Part shown: positions 37,607 to 47,510 of the stretch, piece by piece | Position numbering within the stretch: position 1 is the stretch's first letter | Layout of the letters: each line of letters starts with the position of its first letter | Assembly: GCA_963977015.1 (NCBI GenBank) | Contig: CAXBMO010000001.1 | Coordinates: 544,001 to 608,000, forward strand | Source: an uncultured bacterium | GTDB taxonomy: Bacteria; Verrucomicrobiota; Verrucomicrobiia; Verrucomicrobiales; DEV007 | Direction: 5' to 3' | Length of the DNA stretch: 64,000 bases | Made by a program: the position numbers and the translations under genes | The notes under the pieces: model-generated | Told to the model about the DNA's origin: nothing | The model's input: only the letters and a program-made list of their open reading frames with translations | Database searches by the model: none

Positions 37607-38815
37607 TTATCGCGATCCCCCAAATAAACCGCCCGCCTTGGCTGGCTGTGCCTGACTTTGGGTCTGTTGATCCAGAAGCTGGGCATAACGAATCAGGCCA
37701 ATCGGAGTGGCATATTGTGGGTTTTCGAATGCGGTTCGCATCCCGCTTGGCGAATTGGAGTCCGCCTGATGAACCGGCATTTGAAAAACGTTTTGGGCGA
37801 GGTCCGCGATCCCGTCGAGGAGACTGCAACCACCCGTCAGAAAAATTCCGCTCGAGATTCGGCCAAGAAATCCGGTCGGCTCAAGTTGGCGATAAACGAG
37901 CTGCAACGTTTCCTTCATTCGCGCATGAATCACATGATTAAGCGTGTTCTGATCGACCTGACCGCCAGGGTAGCCCCGGTCCGGTTCAATCGTGATCATC
38001 TCACCCTGTGTCTTGCTGTCAAAATAGACCGAACCGTGTTTCGTCTTCAGGCGTTCGCTGATTTGAAGCGGCAGTTCAAGAACCAGAGAAATGTCGTTGG
38101 TGACGTGATCGCCGCCGAGGCCAATGCATCCGGATGCGGCGACCGAGCCATCCTGATAGAGAACGTAATCCGTGGTGCCTCCGCCAATATCAATCAGCAA
38201 CGTGCCTTGATCCTTGTGGGCGCGGCTCACCACCACTTGAGCAGACGCCAGTGGCGAGAAAACGATTTCCTCGACCTCCAGCGGGACTTCGCGGACACAG
38301 CGAATCGTATTCTGGATTCGATTTCGAATTCCATGAATGATGTGGTAATCCGCTTCCAGAACCTGTCCCTGCATCCCAATCGGGTTGAGGACCGGTTCTT
38401 TGCCATCCACATAGTAATGGCGGACAATGCTGTGGATCAGGGCGTTGGTTTGCGGGATCTCAATTTCGCGAGCCGTTTGCTTCACCTCATCCAAGTCCTC
38501 TTCAGTCACCGCTGCGGGCCCGCCCGGAATCTCCGTCCTTCCGCGATTATTCATGCAGGCGACGTGGGCGCCGGTGACTGCCAAATAAACAGACTTGATG
38601 TCGACGTCGCTGCGTTCCTCGGCCTTGACGAGAGCCTCATGCAGCGAGGCCGAGGCTGATTCCATATCCACGATCTCGCCTTTGCGGACACCCCGCGACG
38701 GAGCCTGACCAACTCCCAGGATTTTGATTCCGCCGTCTGGGCGCACCTCTCCGACCACCACGCAGATTTTGGAGGTGCCGATTTCGAGGCCGACATAAAT
38801 TTTAGTACGTGCCAT
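37607..38815 (-). CDS. ftsA: Cell division protein FtsA
   Basis: GLEIGTSKI, DIGGGTTD, GGDHVTNDI, LTGG; directly upstream of ftsZ. Confidence 0.97.
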   Translation of the reverse strand: MARTKIYVGLEIGTSKICVVVGEVRPDGGIKILGVGQAPSRGVRKGEIVDMESASASLHEALVKAEERSDVDIKSVYLAVTGAHVACMNNRGRTEIPGGPAAVTEEDLDEVKQTAREIEIPQTNALIHSIVRHYYVDGKEPVLNPIGMQGQVLEADYHIIHGIRNRIQNTIRCVREVPLEVEEIVFSPLASAQVVVSRAHKDQGTLLIDIGGGTTDYVLYQDGSVAASGCIGLGGDHVTNDISLVLELPLQISERLKTKHGSVYFDSKTQGEMITIEPDRGYPGGQVDQNTLNHVIHARMKETLQLVYRQLEPTGFLGRISSGIFLTGGCSLLDGIADLAQNVFQMPVHQADSNSPSGMRTAFENPQYATPIGLIRYAQLLDQQTQSQAQPAKAGGLFGGSR

Positions 38816-38875
38816 AGCAGAGACGATGATGGTTAATATCCGAAAGTTTTTTTAGTTATCAACATATTCAAAATT

Positions 38876-39664
38876 TTAAGGAATCTTTTTTCGAAAAGTG
38901 GACTCTTCAGCAATGTCCGGGTTCGGAGAAGTGGATTTGTCAGGACGGAATGTGATCGGAATGTTGCGTTTCATCAACAAATTCACAGTGGCGATCTTGC
39001 GATTTGACGATTTTGACCGCTGAAAGATCAAATTGAGGTCGTTTATCTGGCGTGACAGATCGCGAACGCCAAAAATAGCAGACGTTCCGCTCTCAAAGCG
39101 AGCCTCAACCGAAAAGTCGTTCAGTTCGTGAACTTCAGTGATGGGTTCATCGGAGTTTTTCCATTCAACGCACAGGTTCAGAGCGGTAAACAGGCTTGGA
39201 GAATCCGTGATGTTGCCCGGCGGAAGAATCCGCTCCTTCGCCACAATCGAGGGGAAGGGGAGTTCGGCTTCCTTTTCAGGGGAAGCGGCTTTCAGGTATC
39301 CACCCGCATCCAGCAAATAGAGTTTGGTTTGATCCGCTTCGGATCGCATTCGGGCGACTGGCTTGAACGTCTCGATCTCGAGGCGACCTGTGTCCGAAAT
39401 GGTGACCTGGCGGATCTGGGGTAATGCTTCCAGCTTCTGCTTCAGATCTCCGAGATCGGCTTTGGCGAACTCTGCGCTCTCTGCAATTCCACTTTCCTTC
39501 CGAATCTCCTCCTTTGTCAGATTGCCATCGGTTCGGATGTCCCAATCCGCCCAACTGACAATCGAGTCCCGCTCGATAATTCGAAGACTAGCCCAGATGA
39601 TCGCACCAATGAGACCGAGAAAGAGCGCAAGTTTCAGCCTGAAAGTCCCCCTGCTTCTTTCCAC
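38876..39664 (-). CDS. ftsQ: Cell division protein FtsQ/DivIB
   Basis: Single N-terminal TM helix, POTRA-like LEALPQIRQV, position upstream of ftsA. Confidence 0.8.
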   Translation of the reverse strand: MERSRGTFRLKLALFLGLIGAIIWASLRIIERDSIVSWADWDIRTDGNLTKEEIRKESGIAESAEFAKADLGDLKQKLEALPQIRQVTISDTGRLEIETFKPVARMRSEADQTKLYLLDAGGYLKAASPEKEAELPFPSIVAKERILPPGNITDSPSLFTALNLCVEWKNSDEPITEVHELNDFSVEARFESGTSAIFGVRDLSRQINDLNLIFQRSKSSNRKIATVNLLMKRNIPITFRPDKSTSPNPDIAEESTFRKKIP

Positions 39665-39676
39665 AGATTGGCACGG

Positions 39677-40558
39677 CTAAGACTTTTGGGCGTCGAGGGC
39701 GGCTTTGGCACGCGCTGCGGCATCTTTCGCCTTTTGCTGAATCTCTTCAGGGGAGGGAAGGGATGCCAGGTCGATTTCGGCCATCACTTCGGCGGGGATG
39801 ATTCCGTCGGATTGAAGCTTGGTGAGGCACTTCTGCCGCTCATTCAGGGCTTTGTCAGGACTGCGCTCCTTGGAAAACCTGGATTTGGCCGCTTCGCTGC
39901 GATCCCGCAAATTCGTGTAGATATCGCCACCGAGCAGGGCCGAGATATCCACCTTCATCTTCTCACGGTTCACATCCTGGTCACTGACCGGCGCTCCGTT
40001 GATGGGGCCGGACGCGTATTTGGGGAACATGATGGCAACTTCGGGGCAGACGCGTGAGCAGGCGGGACAGTTCGTTTTGCAGTTGTCCTGATTCTGCACC
40101 TGGATCTTCTGATCGTCATCCACGCCGTAAACGTCGAAGAGGCAGAAGCTGAGGCACTGCATGCAGTTGGTGCAGCGGTCGTAGTCGATCACCGGAAACC
40201 ATGGTTTCCAGCTTTTTCCGCCTGCCGAAGGAGGCTGATTCATCTCTTTCCCCTGCTTGAATTCATCAACCAGGTTGAAGACGGCATCCGCATCCATCGC
40301 CGTGACGTCTCGCGTTTCGACACTCACCTGGTTGCTCGCATCCTCGACTTCCGGCGCGGAATCGCCAAAATTTCCCAGGACGAGCAGACTGTCGGTCACC
40401 GGCTTCGGAGAATTGCCCTCCGTTCCAATTCGTGTCACCGCGTAGCCGCGATCCAGCAACCCGCTGAAAACTTCGAACTTCAGATCGTCGTCGATTGGAG
40501 GGGTGCCTTCGCCTTCGTAAAGGACAACTTGGAGGGGGCTGGCTTCGTTGTTTACCAT
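39677..40558 (-). CDS. 2x[4Fe-4S] ferredoxin-domain protein
   Basis: [11 protein letters not shown] and [13 protein letters not shown] motifs. Confidence 0.9.
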   Translation of the reverse strand: MVNNEASPLQVVLYEGEGTPPIDDDLKFEVFSGLLDRGYAVTRIGTEGNSPKPVTDSLLVLGNFGDSAPEVEDASNQVSVETRDVTAMDADAVFNLVDEFKQGKEMNQPPSAGGKSWKPWFPVIDYDRCTNCMQCLSFCLFDVYGVDDDQKIQVQNQDNCKTNCPACSRVCPEVAIMFPKYASGPINGAPVSDQDVNREKMKVDISALLGGDIYTNLRDRSEAAKSRFSKERSPDKALNERQKCLTKLQSDGIIPAEVMAEIDLASLPSPEEIQQKAKDAAARAKAALDAQKS

Positions 40559-40561
40559 GAT

Positions 40562-40888
40562 CTATTCGTCAATAAGTTCGTCCAGGATGTTTTCGGCGGC
40601 ATCCTCCCGCATGTTCAGCACGGTTACCTCATCCTCGCTGTCTGGAAAATCGACTCCCGCGTTGTGGAACAGCCACTTCACCGCGCGCGGATAACAGGCG
40701 GCAATCTTGACCGGGCCATCTTTGAGGAGTTCACCCAGGCGAGGGTCTTTCCGCGCCGCCATTTCGCACAAATCGGAAACGGTCTCGAAGGTTGTCTCCG
40801 ATTCGCAGAGTCCTTTCAACACTTCGTCCTTCACGTGATCGGGAACGACTTGAGCGTAGGCGCATCGGCAGTAGAGGACTTTGGGCAT
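40562..40888 (-). CDS. Small Cys-containing protein resembling the N-terminal Fe-S domain of HdrA
   Basis: YCRC...DLCE...IAACYPR...LNMRE pattern. Confidence 0.7.
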   Translation of the reverse strand: MPKVLYCRCAYAQVVPDHVKDEVLKGLCESETTFETVSDLCEMAARKDPRLGELLKDGPVKIAACYPRAVKWLFHNAGVDFPDSEDEVTVLNMREDAAENILDELIDE

Positions 40889-40960
40889 AAACGGCATAAC
40901 ATCTGCCCAGAATCCGGCAAAGCGCAAGAAATCCGGAAACGTCTTTGGGATTTCGAAACC

Positions 40961-42157
40961 TTACCCCAGTCCGGCAAACTGCCGATACCAGTTGAGGATC
41001 TGAGGCCCCCAGAACAAAAAGACCAACGCGCCCAGGGCGAGGTAAGGGCCGAAGGGAATCGGTTTGTTCCATTTTTCGTTGGCGATAAATTTTTGGCCGA
41101 TTCCTCCAAAGGAGCCGAACACGGAACCTGCAATCAGGGTGAAGACGGTCGCCTGCCAACCGAGAAACGCTCCGATCATCATGACGAATTTCACGTCGCC
41201 CAACCCCATGGCTTCCCGCGGTTGCTGAATTCTTCGAGTGGTTCCCTCGATCAACTCCATCTTGTCGAGATCCGTCTTTTGCTCACCAAACTCTGCGCGA
41301 TTCCAGAACATGACCAGCGTATCCGTTTTCTGGGGAGTGCCATCAATCTTCACATCGGAACTCTCGATCACCAACCGGTCGGTTGGGCGGGAAAAAAGAT
41401 CGCTCCAAGGGTAGACGTCGGTCCCGATCTCGAGCTGCGGTTCCCCGTCCTTGTCCGGCTGATGAATCTTCCAGGGAAGCGCTTCCTCAAATTCATGAAT
41501 CTTCCGGCCAAAGGCAAGCTTCCCGCCTTCAACCACCGCCTTCAACAGTCCCCATCCCACGATTCCTCCAATCGCGGACCACATCAGCCCCCGATACCAA
41601 ATCGCATTGGGCAGGCTGGAATCATCCACCACAGCCTGGTTTACGATCCCCGACCCGGGAAACCATGAAGAAAGCAGGGGCAGCAATCCGGCCAGCAGCA
41701 GTGCAACCACCGCTCCTCCCCAGTTGAGGCTGTCGGGAATGATGTAGTGCTCGAAATCGATGAACGTTGCCGAGATCAGCAGCGAAACCAGAATCCAGGT
41801 TACAATCGGCCATCCCCAGCCAAAGGGCAGCAGGGTGAGCCAGACCGCGAGAAACAGAACCGCGGTTAGCCCCTCCACTAGAACATAACGCACCGCAATG
41901 GGGGCCCCGCACTTGGCGCATTTCCCTTTCAACATGATCCAACTCACGATCGGAATGTTGAGGTAGCCGGGGATCTGGGTTTCGCACGCGGGGCAGAACG
42001 AACGTTTTGGTTCGTCCACCCTCATGTTGCGGGGAAGGCGATGGATCACCACGTTCAAGAACGAACCGACACAAGCTCCCAGCGCCACCACAAAAAGGAG
42101 CACGACGGGATGGCGAAGCGTGGGTTCGAGCGACGATTGAAGTTCAGCAGGATTCAT
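40961..42157 (-). CDS. pilD: Type IV prepilin peptidase (A24)
   Basis: GSFLNVVIHRLP, CPAC/CAKC, IDFEHYIIPD, MGLGDVK, PFGPYL. Confidence 0.95.
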   Translation of the reverse strand: MNPAELQSSLEPTLRHPVVLLFVVALGACVGSFLNVVIHRLPRNMRVDEPKRSFCPACETQIPGYLNIPIVSWIMLKGKCAKCGAPIAVRYVLVEGLTAVLFLAVWLTLLPFGWGWPIVTWILVSLLISATFIDFEHYIIPDSLNWGGAVVALLLAGLLPLLSSWFPGSGIVNQAVVDDSSLPNAIWYRGLMWSAIGGIVGWGLLKAVVEGGKLAFGRKIHEFEEALPWKIHQPDKDGEPQLEIGTDVYPWSDLFSRPTDRLVIESSDVKIDGTPQKTDTLVMFWNRAEFGEQKTDLDKMELIEGTTRRIQQPREAMGLGDVKFVMMIGAFLGWQATVFTLIAGSVFGSFGGIGQKFIANEKWNKPIPFGPYLALGALVFLFWGPQILNWYRQFAGLG

Positions 42158-42207
42158 GGGATCGACGCGGAATCCTAGCACATTCCTCAGCCAAACAAAG
42201 AAGCAAA

Positions 42208-42225
42208 GCTTAAGAATTCTTAAGC
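42208..42225. promoter_or_regulatory. Perfect 18-bp palindrome, candidate operator upstream of pilD
   Basis: GCTTAAGAATTCTTAAGC, about 50 bp upstream of the pilD start. Confidence 0.5.
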
Positions 42226-42244
42226 AAATCGGATTTGGAAACGC

Positions 42245-42275
42245 AAAAGCCCCGGCCAATTGCGGGCCGGGGCTT
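42245..42275 (-). terminator. Rho-independent terminator after Verru_Chthon A
   Basis: 11-bp stem AAGCCCCGGCC / GGCCGGGGCTT ending in a short T run on the minus strand. Confidence 0.75.
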
Positions 42276-42305
42276 CTGGATCAAATGGATGGGAAGATCC
42301 TCGGG

Positions 42306-45300
42306 TTAAGGAGCAAATCTCCGGTGGCTCACCACCCGGAAACGATAGTAGTGATCGATGCCGGGAACATCGCCTGGAGTACTGCCTTCCTGAAGATTGA
42401 CGGCATAGTCAGGAATCCGTGTGTCGTTGGGATCGACGTAACGTTCCAGAATCGTGGATCCACGATACTCGCTGACGATGTTATCCGTAGCTTCATCAAA
42501 GGAGGCCCATTCCGAGTCGCTGCGTCGCTGCCCCGGATTTTGAGGAGACATGATGGACTGCTTCAGGATCTGGCTCCGGAAATGCACCTGAAAGGTATTC
42601 GATTTCGTGGTCAGGCGTGGGTAGATATTTCCATAGGGTTTCTCCCGTGCGTTGTCACCCACCGTGCTGATACCGTCCGTCATCTTCGGATTCCAGAGAT
42701 CCCCCATTTTTTCAAGAGTCCCCAGCTTCAGGATGAGTCCATCCATCGCCTCGGGCACGAGGTAAGTCTTGGTGAATTCCGAGGCACTAATGAAGTGTTC
42801 GTCATTCGCGAAACGCTCCTCAAATTGCTTGAGGGTTTCATCGGTATTGATCCAGCTCCGCAAGCTCTTGTAGCGGAGGTCTCCTCCCTTATCTTCCCAC
42901 CAATTGTAGCCTTTGCCCCAGCCTGAGCCGACCTTTGACGAACCCGCATAGGGATCATTGGGAATGGTCAGCATTTCTTCGGAGGCAAACACCCCGTGAA
43001 GGCCGGAGGCTCGTTTGATGTGGGTAAACGGCGCAATCTCGTAGTTGACATTAATCTTGCCAGCGGTTGAGAGCGGCTCGCTGATGGACCACGGCTCAAC
43101 GATTGGCATCCAGAAGAAATCGAGGAAGAAGTGATCTTCAGGATCGAGATTGCCGGGATGAATCTCCCGCTCCTTGATGTAATCGGTTCCTTCCTTGAAC
43201 AAGTTCATGTTATTCACGTCTTGCTGCTTCCGGAAGAGAAGCGTTTGCCAGGGTTTGCTCTCATACCGGGTACCGTTTTTCTCACCGTAAACACCGGTTG
43301 GCAGCGACCCAAACATCACCGCTCCAGTTGTGATTCGATTCGGCGAAAACAGGCCCGGCCGTGAAGGCTCATGCTGATTCGGTCGGCTAAAGTAGGGAAC
43401 CTGTTTGCGGGCAACGGCGCCATATTCCTTTTCATAGGCGGTTAACTCCAATTCCTGACGAATGCCGAAGGAGTTGCCTTCGTCGGGCTTATTTATCCAG
43501 CATCCGTCACTTTGCGTTGCCGTTCCGTTGTCCCAATCCCCGTAGGGATTAAAGCGGCGTCTATAGGTGTCTGGCGCATAGGACTTGGCGACAGCCGCTT
43601 CTTTGCCATTGGGCGCAATATAGACACTAAGGGCTTTGTCACCGCCGCCGAACCCAGCGAAGTCCGCGCCAATATTGGCAGGCGTATTTTGATTTGACCC
43701 GTTGTCATAGACCCACAACGAATGACGAGTTTCATCATTGGTTAAGTGTCGAACCTCTTCATCGTAGAGCGGGTGCTTGATATACCCAGTGAAGGTTTCG
43801 ATTTCATTCAGGAAGTTCCCGATCTCATCATCGGTGGTCTCGATGTCATTGTTCGTCGTCAGAAGTGGCCTTACTGCGGAAAGGCGCGCATCACCGTGGC
43901 TGATGACATAGCTGCGCGTTACATCGACGTTGTAGTCATAAGACTCTGATTGGTTGCCGCTACCCGCCAAAGGGTCCCCGGAGTCGTTCACTGCCGGCAG
44001 TTTGTAGTTTTGATGGATTAATGTGCCGCCAGCGCCATCGCCAAGGAGGAAGGCGAGACGACCAACTCCAGGATTGTCCTCCGAAATCCTGACAGGTTTG
44101 GGATCACCTTGAAAGACGGGTTTAGCATCGTTGTCATCCCGAAAGGCTCCGGTCTTGTGGAACGTCCAGAAATCGCGTGCCTGGCGAGTATGCTGAAGAA
44201 TTGGTACTCGGTTGCGGCCAAAACCTCCGGCCAAGCCAGGGTGCAAGTTGGGAACAGGCAGGTGGTCGATATCGTCCATCTCCACAATCGCCACCTGAAC
44301 AGGCTGGTCGACGTCCTTTTTGGTGTCGGAATTGTATCCGTCATCGAGAAACAAGCGAATCTCGATGTCGCCACACTCAACCTCAAGCGCCTCATCTTTC
44401 TTGACGCGGATGGGGCCGCCGATGAAGGGATAGGCTTCAGCAGCCTCGTCACCGATCTTGTCGGTGGGATCTTGTTCCGTGCCGCCATTGACCCATTTGG
44501 CTGGTAGTGGGAAGAGGAGCTCGCCTTTGCCTTCACCGGGATCATAGTTTTCGGCGTTATCATCTTCAGCGCGATAAGTCGCATAGCGGGCGCGCCGGAC
44601 TCCCTTGCTGCTTTGGCTGGAGAAGAGAGCCCGTGCGCTATAAACCCCTCCGTTGGTGGTGGATCCCCAATAATGATGGGTGGTGTCCGCATCCGGAGAC
44701 TTCAGCTCGTAAAAGGTGTTGGAAAGGTGAGGGAACAGCTTTCCGTTATGCTTTTTAGGATTACCGCCTCCGTCCAGATATTCCCTAATTCCATTAGCCT
44801 TGATTTTGAATGTGTCGGGATCCAATCTTACCTCCAAACGGAAATCCGGCTTGATGCCCGTCCAGCCCTTTGCCGGACAATGAAGCTGCATGATCAAGGC
44901 CGGCTGGATGATCTTTTCATCAGATTTCAGCGGCCTCTCGATCGGGATGGTATAGTTCCAGTTCTGTTTTGCGACCAGCATCCTCCATTCCTTTTCGCGT
45001 TGCTCTTGTTGGGCTGGGTCGAAATTGGTGAAGTAGTCTGAAGGGATATAGTCCTTGTAAACTTTAGCAACGTCTCCCTTTTGGGTTCCATTGGCCTTTG
45101 AAAGGTCCGGATCAATATTCTGATCACTGAGCGGGCAGACATTGCCATACCAGAAATGCTGGTGGGATGGCTTGAATCCCCTGTTGCCCAATCCCTGGGC
45201 ATTGATTCGCCACCCGTGCTCGACCATCGCGGCCAGCTTGCGACCTCCCAATTCGTTGGTGCCTTCCGCGCAGCAAATAAACTGCAGACCCACTTCATTC

Positions 45301-47321
45301 AGAGCATAGAATCTGCCGAACCCCTGGGAAAACGTGTCTGGATTGATATTGCCTGCATCCGTGATGTCATCGAATACCGGGGTTGCTTGATCGGGATTCT
45401 TTGGATTGATGCGCAATGGTGCAACCTGACCATGACCGGGATGGAGCTTCCGGTTGTCGTCTCCATCCGTCATGCTGCTGTTGTTCACCAGAAGGCGGTT
45501 GTTGGTGAAGGCACGATGATCATGAGGATTGTCACCCCAAAGCGTATAGCCACTCTGATCCTGGGTAATGGGATCGACCAGATTGTCATCGAAGAGATTG
45601 GTGCATCGAATATAGTCGAACATCTGCGTCATGATCTGATAGCGATCATACGGATACTTGTCTTCAAAACTGGCACCGACTCCCGGGATGGGCTGTGAGG
45701 TCAGCCAGGAGAAATACTTATAGAGTTCCTGATTCCGAGCGATATTGATGATGTCGTGATCCGGAGAATCCGAACGCTCACGCATGATGTGATAGCGTGC
45801 CCTAGTGGAGTTGATGCTGTCATTACTTTCTGACATTCCCACCTCAGCACAGAAGCGGATGCGTTTATCAAATTCCGTGAAGTGATAGGTTCCTTCCTTG
45901 CCGCCCGGTGCTGGAGGGTCCAATTCCGGATCCCCATGAAAGGATGGCCACATGCTGATCCGCGGGGTGTTGAAAACCGTGGTCTCCGGGGCACGACTGT
46001 TGGCCGTCAGGAAAAAGCGCAACCGGTTCAGGTAACTGACCATTCCCCGGGAGTCCCCCGCGGCCCATGGAAACTGATTGACCGTGCGGGGCAGAGCCAT
46101 CGATTGAGCGTCAGTTTTATCTGATCCCTTGAAGAGGAGTTCATCAAAGGTCGCGTAAAGTCGGTGACGGTCCGGGACTGGCATGTCGATCGTCGATTCG
46201 CTGGCCCGAATTTCGCGAACTCCACTCATCGAGGTGTTTTGACCACCAACCACGCGAGGGGCGATTCGATAAATCAGTTCGTTCTGGGTGGCCAACTGTT
46301 TCAGCAGGCCCGGATCGTTCGTGAAGCGAGGGCCGTTGGGAAACAAGACCGGAGCGATCGAGGTGACGGCCGGGTGGGAGGGGTAACGCTGAAACTCGTT
46401 CCGGACTGGCTGAGTGAGGCCATAGTTCCGGTCGGCCAATCCTCCACCGCGCGGTACGTCCCATGGACGGCCGCCTGCTGCGGTGTTGATATTGATTTTC
46501 GCAGTCTCGTCGTCCGTCCAGAAGGCAAACCGCGAAACGATCGGGTTGCTCGCCGAGGGAATCCCTTGTCCGGCTTGACTTCCACTTACCTGCAGGGGTT
46601 CGAACTTTTCGTTCTCCAGCGTTCCCATGGTTCCATCTTCCAACTGGTAGATCCACTTTACCGGCATGGGTAGGCCCACCACGTGATCGCCGACCGTCGT
46701 ATTCGATGCCCGCTTGACCTGGTCGGTGGCGAAATAGAATCCCTCAACATGGCGTTTCTCAGGATCCTCCTCAAAACCGTCTTTCCAGTTTTGGGCCTTC
46801 CAGCTCGAACGGGAAATATTCTGGGCTTTCGCGCCTTCCGGGTAGGCTCTTGGATCCACAATGGGATAATAAACCTCGTCTCCTCGAATCACCGGTTCGT
46901 TGAGATCAACGTAGGTGTTCTTGTTATTGGCATTATTCCAGTTCCGAAGATCGACTTCATCCTCTCGAACATCGCCCAGTGATTTCTCGACCATGTCCTC
47001 ATCCGAATACAATTTGTAGGCTCCATTGAAGCCCGCTTCGGTCCACGTTCGGATCAGTCCCGGTTGGCTGGCCCAGGCGACTTCAACCTTTTCTGTTGCG
47101 GCGCGCAGCTGGTGGATCACCAAATTGGTGGCGGTTTGGCCCAATGCCTGAGCCTGCTGCCCCTGGGAGTAGCTGGTGGAGGCGGCCAGTTCATTTTGAG
47201 AAATCGAGAAAAACGCCATTACGAGAACAGCCATGAGCATGAGGATGCTGAGGACTGTGATGAGCGCGATTCCGCGTTCTTTGGTCGTTTTCTCTGGCAC
47301 GGGAATGTGTGGGCTTTTCAT
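42306..47321 (-). CDS. vccA: Verru_Chthon cassette protein A (very large PilX-like protein)
   Basis: Prepilin-like RG|IALITVL N-terminus; WASQPG, RFAFWTDDETAKININTA, EPLSTAGKIN, TGDNARE-like motif, YRGSTILERY, C-terminal RFAP. Confidence 0.9.
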   Translation of the reverse strand: MKSPHIPVPEKTTKERGIALITVLSILMLMAVLVMAFFSISQNELAASTSYSQGQQAQALGQTATNLVIHQLRAATEKVEVAWASQPGLIRTWTEAGFNGAYKLYSDEDMVEKSLGDVREDEVDLRNWNNANNKNTYVDLNEPVIRGDEVYYPIVDPRAYPEGAKAQNISRSSWKAQNWKDGFEEDPEKRHVEGFYFATDQVKRASNTTVGDHVVGLPMPVKWIYQLEDGTMGTLENEKFEPLQVSGSQAGQGIPSASNPIVSRFAFWTDDETAKININTAAGGRPWDVPRGGGLADRNYGLTQPVRNEFQRYPSHPAVTSIAPVLFPNGPRFTNDPGLLKQLATQNELIYRIAPRVVGGQNTSMSGVREIRASESTIDMPVPDRHRLYATFDELLFKGSDKTDAQSMALPRTVNQFPWAAGDSRGMVSYLNRLRFFLTANSRAPETTVFNTPRISMWPSFHGDPELDPPAPGGKEGTYHFTEFDKRIRFCAEVGMSESNDSINSTRARYHIMRERSDSPDHDIINIARNQELYKYFSWLTSQPIPGVGASFEDKYPYDRYQIMTQMFDYIRCTNLFDDNLVDPITQDQSGYTLWGDNPHDHRAFTNNRLLVNNSSMTDGDDNRKLHPGHGQVAPLRINPKNPDQATPVFDDITDAGNINPDTFSQGFGRFYALNEVGLQFICCAEGTNELGGRKLAAMVEHGWRINAQGLGNRGFKPSHQHFWYGNVCPLSDQNIDPDLSKANGTQKGDVAKVYKDYIPSDYFTNFDPAQQEQREKEWRMLVAKQNWNYTIPIERPLKSDEKIIQPALIMQLHCPAKGWTGIKPDFRLEVRLDPDTFKIKANGIREYLDGGGNPKKHNGKLFPHLSNTFYELKSPDADTTHHYWGSTTNGGVYSARALFSSQSSKGVRRARYATYRAEDDNAENYDPGEGKGELLFPLPAKWVNGGTEQDPTDKIGDEAAEAYPFIGGPIRVKKDEALEVECGDIEIRLFLDDGYNSDTKKDVDQPVQVAIVEMDDIDHLPVPNLHPGLAGGFGRNRVPILQHTRQARDFWTFHKTGAFRDDNDAKPVFQGDPKPVRISEDNPGVGRLAFLLGDGAGGTLIHQNYKLPAVNDSGDPLAGSGNQSESYDYNVDVTRSYVISHGDARLSAVRPLLTTNNDIETTDDEIGNFLNEIETFTGYIKHPLYDEEVRHLTNDETRHSLWVYDNGSNQNTPANIGADFAGFGGGDKALSVYIAPNGKEAAVAKSYAPDTYRRRFNPYGDWDNGTATQSDGCWINKPDEGNSFGIRQELELTAYEKEYGAVARKQVPYFSRPNQHEPSRPGLFSPNRITTGAVMFGSLPTGVYGEKNGTRYESKPWQTLLFRKQQDVNNMNLFKEGTDYIKEREIHPGNLDPEDHFFLDFFWMPIVEPWSISEPLSTAGKINVNYEIAPFTHIKRASGLHGVFASEEMLTIPNDPYAGSSKVGSGWGKGYNWWEDKGGDLRYKSLRSWINTDETLKQFEERFANDEHFISASEFTKTYLVPEAMDGLILKLGTLEKMGDLWNPKMTDGISTVGDNAREKPYGNIYPRLTTKSNTFQVHFRSQILKQSIMSPQNPGQRRSDSEWASFDEATDNIVSEYRGSTILERYVDPNDTRIPDYAVNLQEGSTPGDVPGIDHYYRFRVVSHRRFAP

Positions 47322-47395
47322 GGCAAGAGATGGTTGGTTTTGGTGGGTCAAGGAACGAGATTCCTGAATTTACGATGCATTCTGTTTGAAATACA

Positions 47396-47475
47396 TTGTG
47401 AATACAAGAGAAAAATTCTACGGGGAGAATGATTCCGAGAATTTTCTATCTCGAATACCTTGTAAATACAAGGTA
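47396..47475. promoter_or_regulatory. Two TTGT-N4-ACAA operator-like sites upstream of vccA
   Basis: TACCTTGTA-AA-TACAAGGTA (47456-47475) and TTGTGAATACAA (47396-47407) in an AT-rich spacer. Confidence 0.6.
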
Positions 47476-47510
47476 AATTCTTTTGTCAGGAAAAAATCGC
47501 GAAATCCTGC

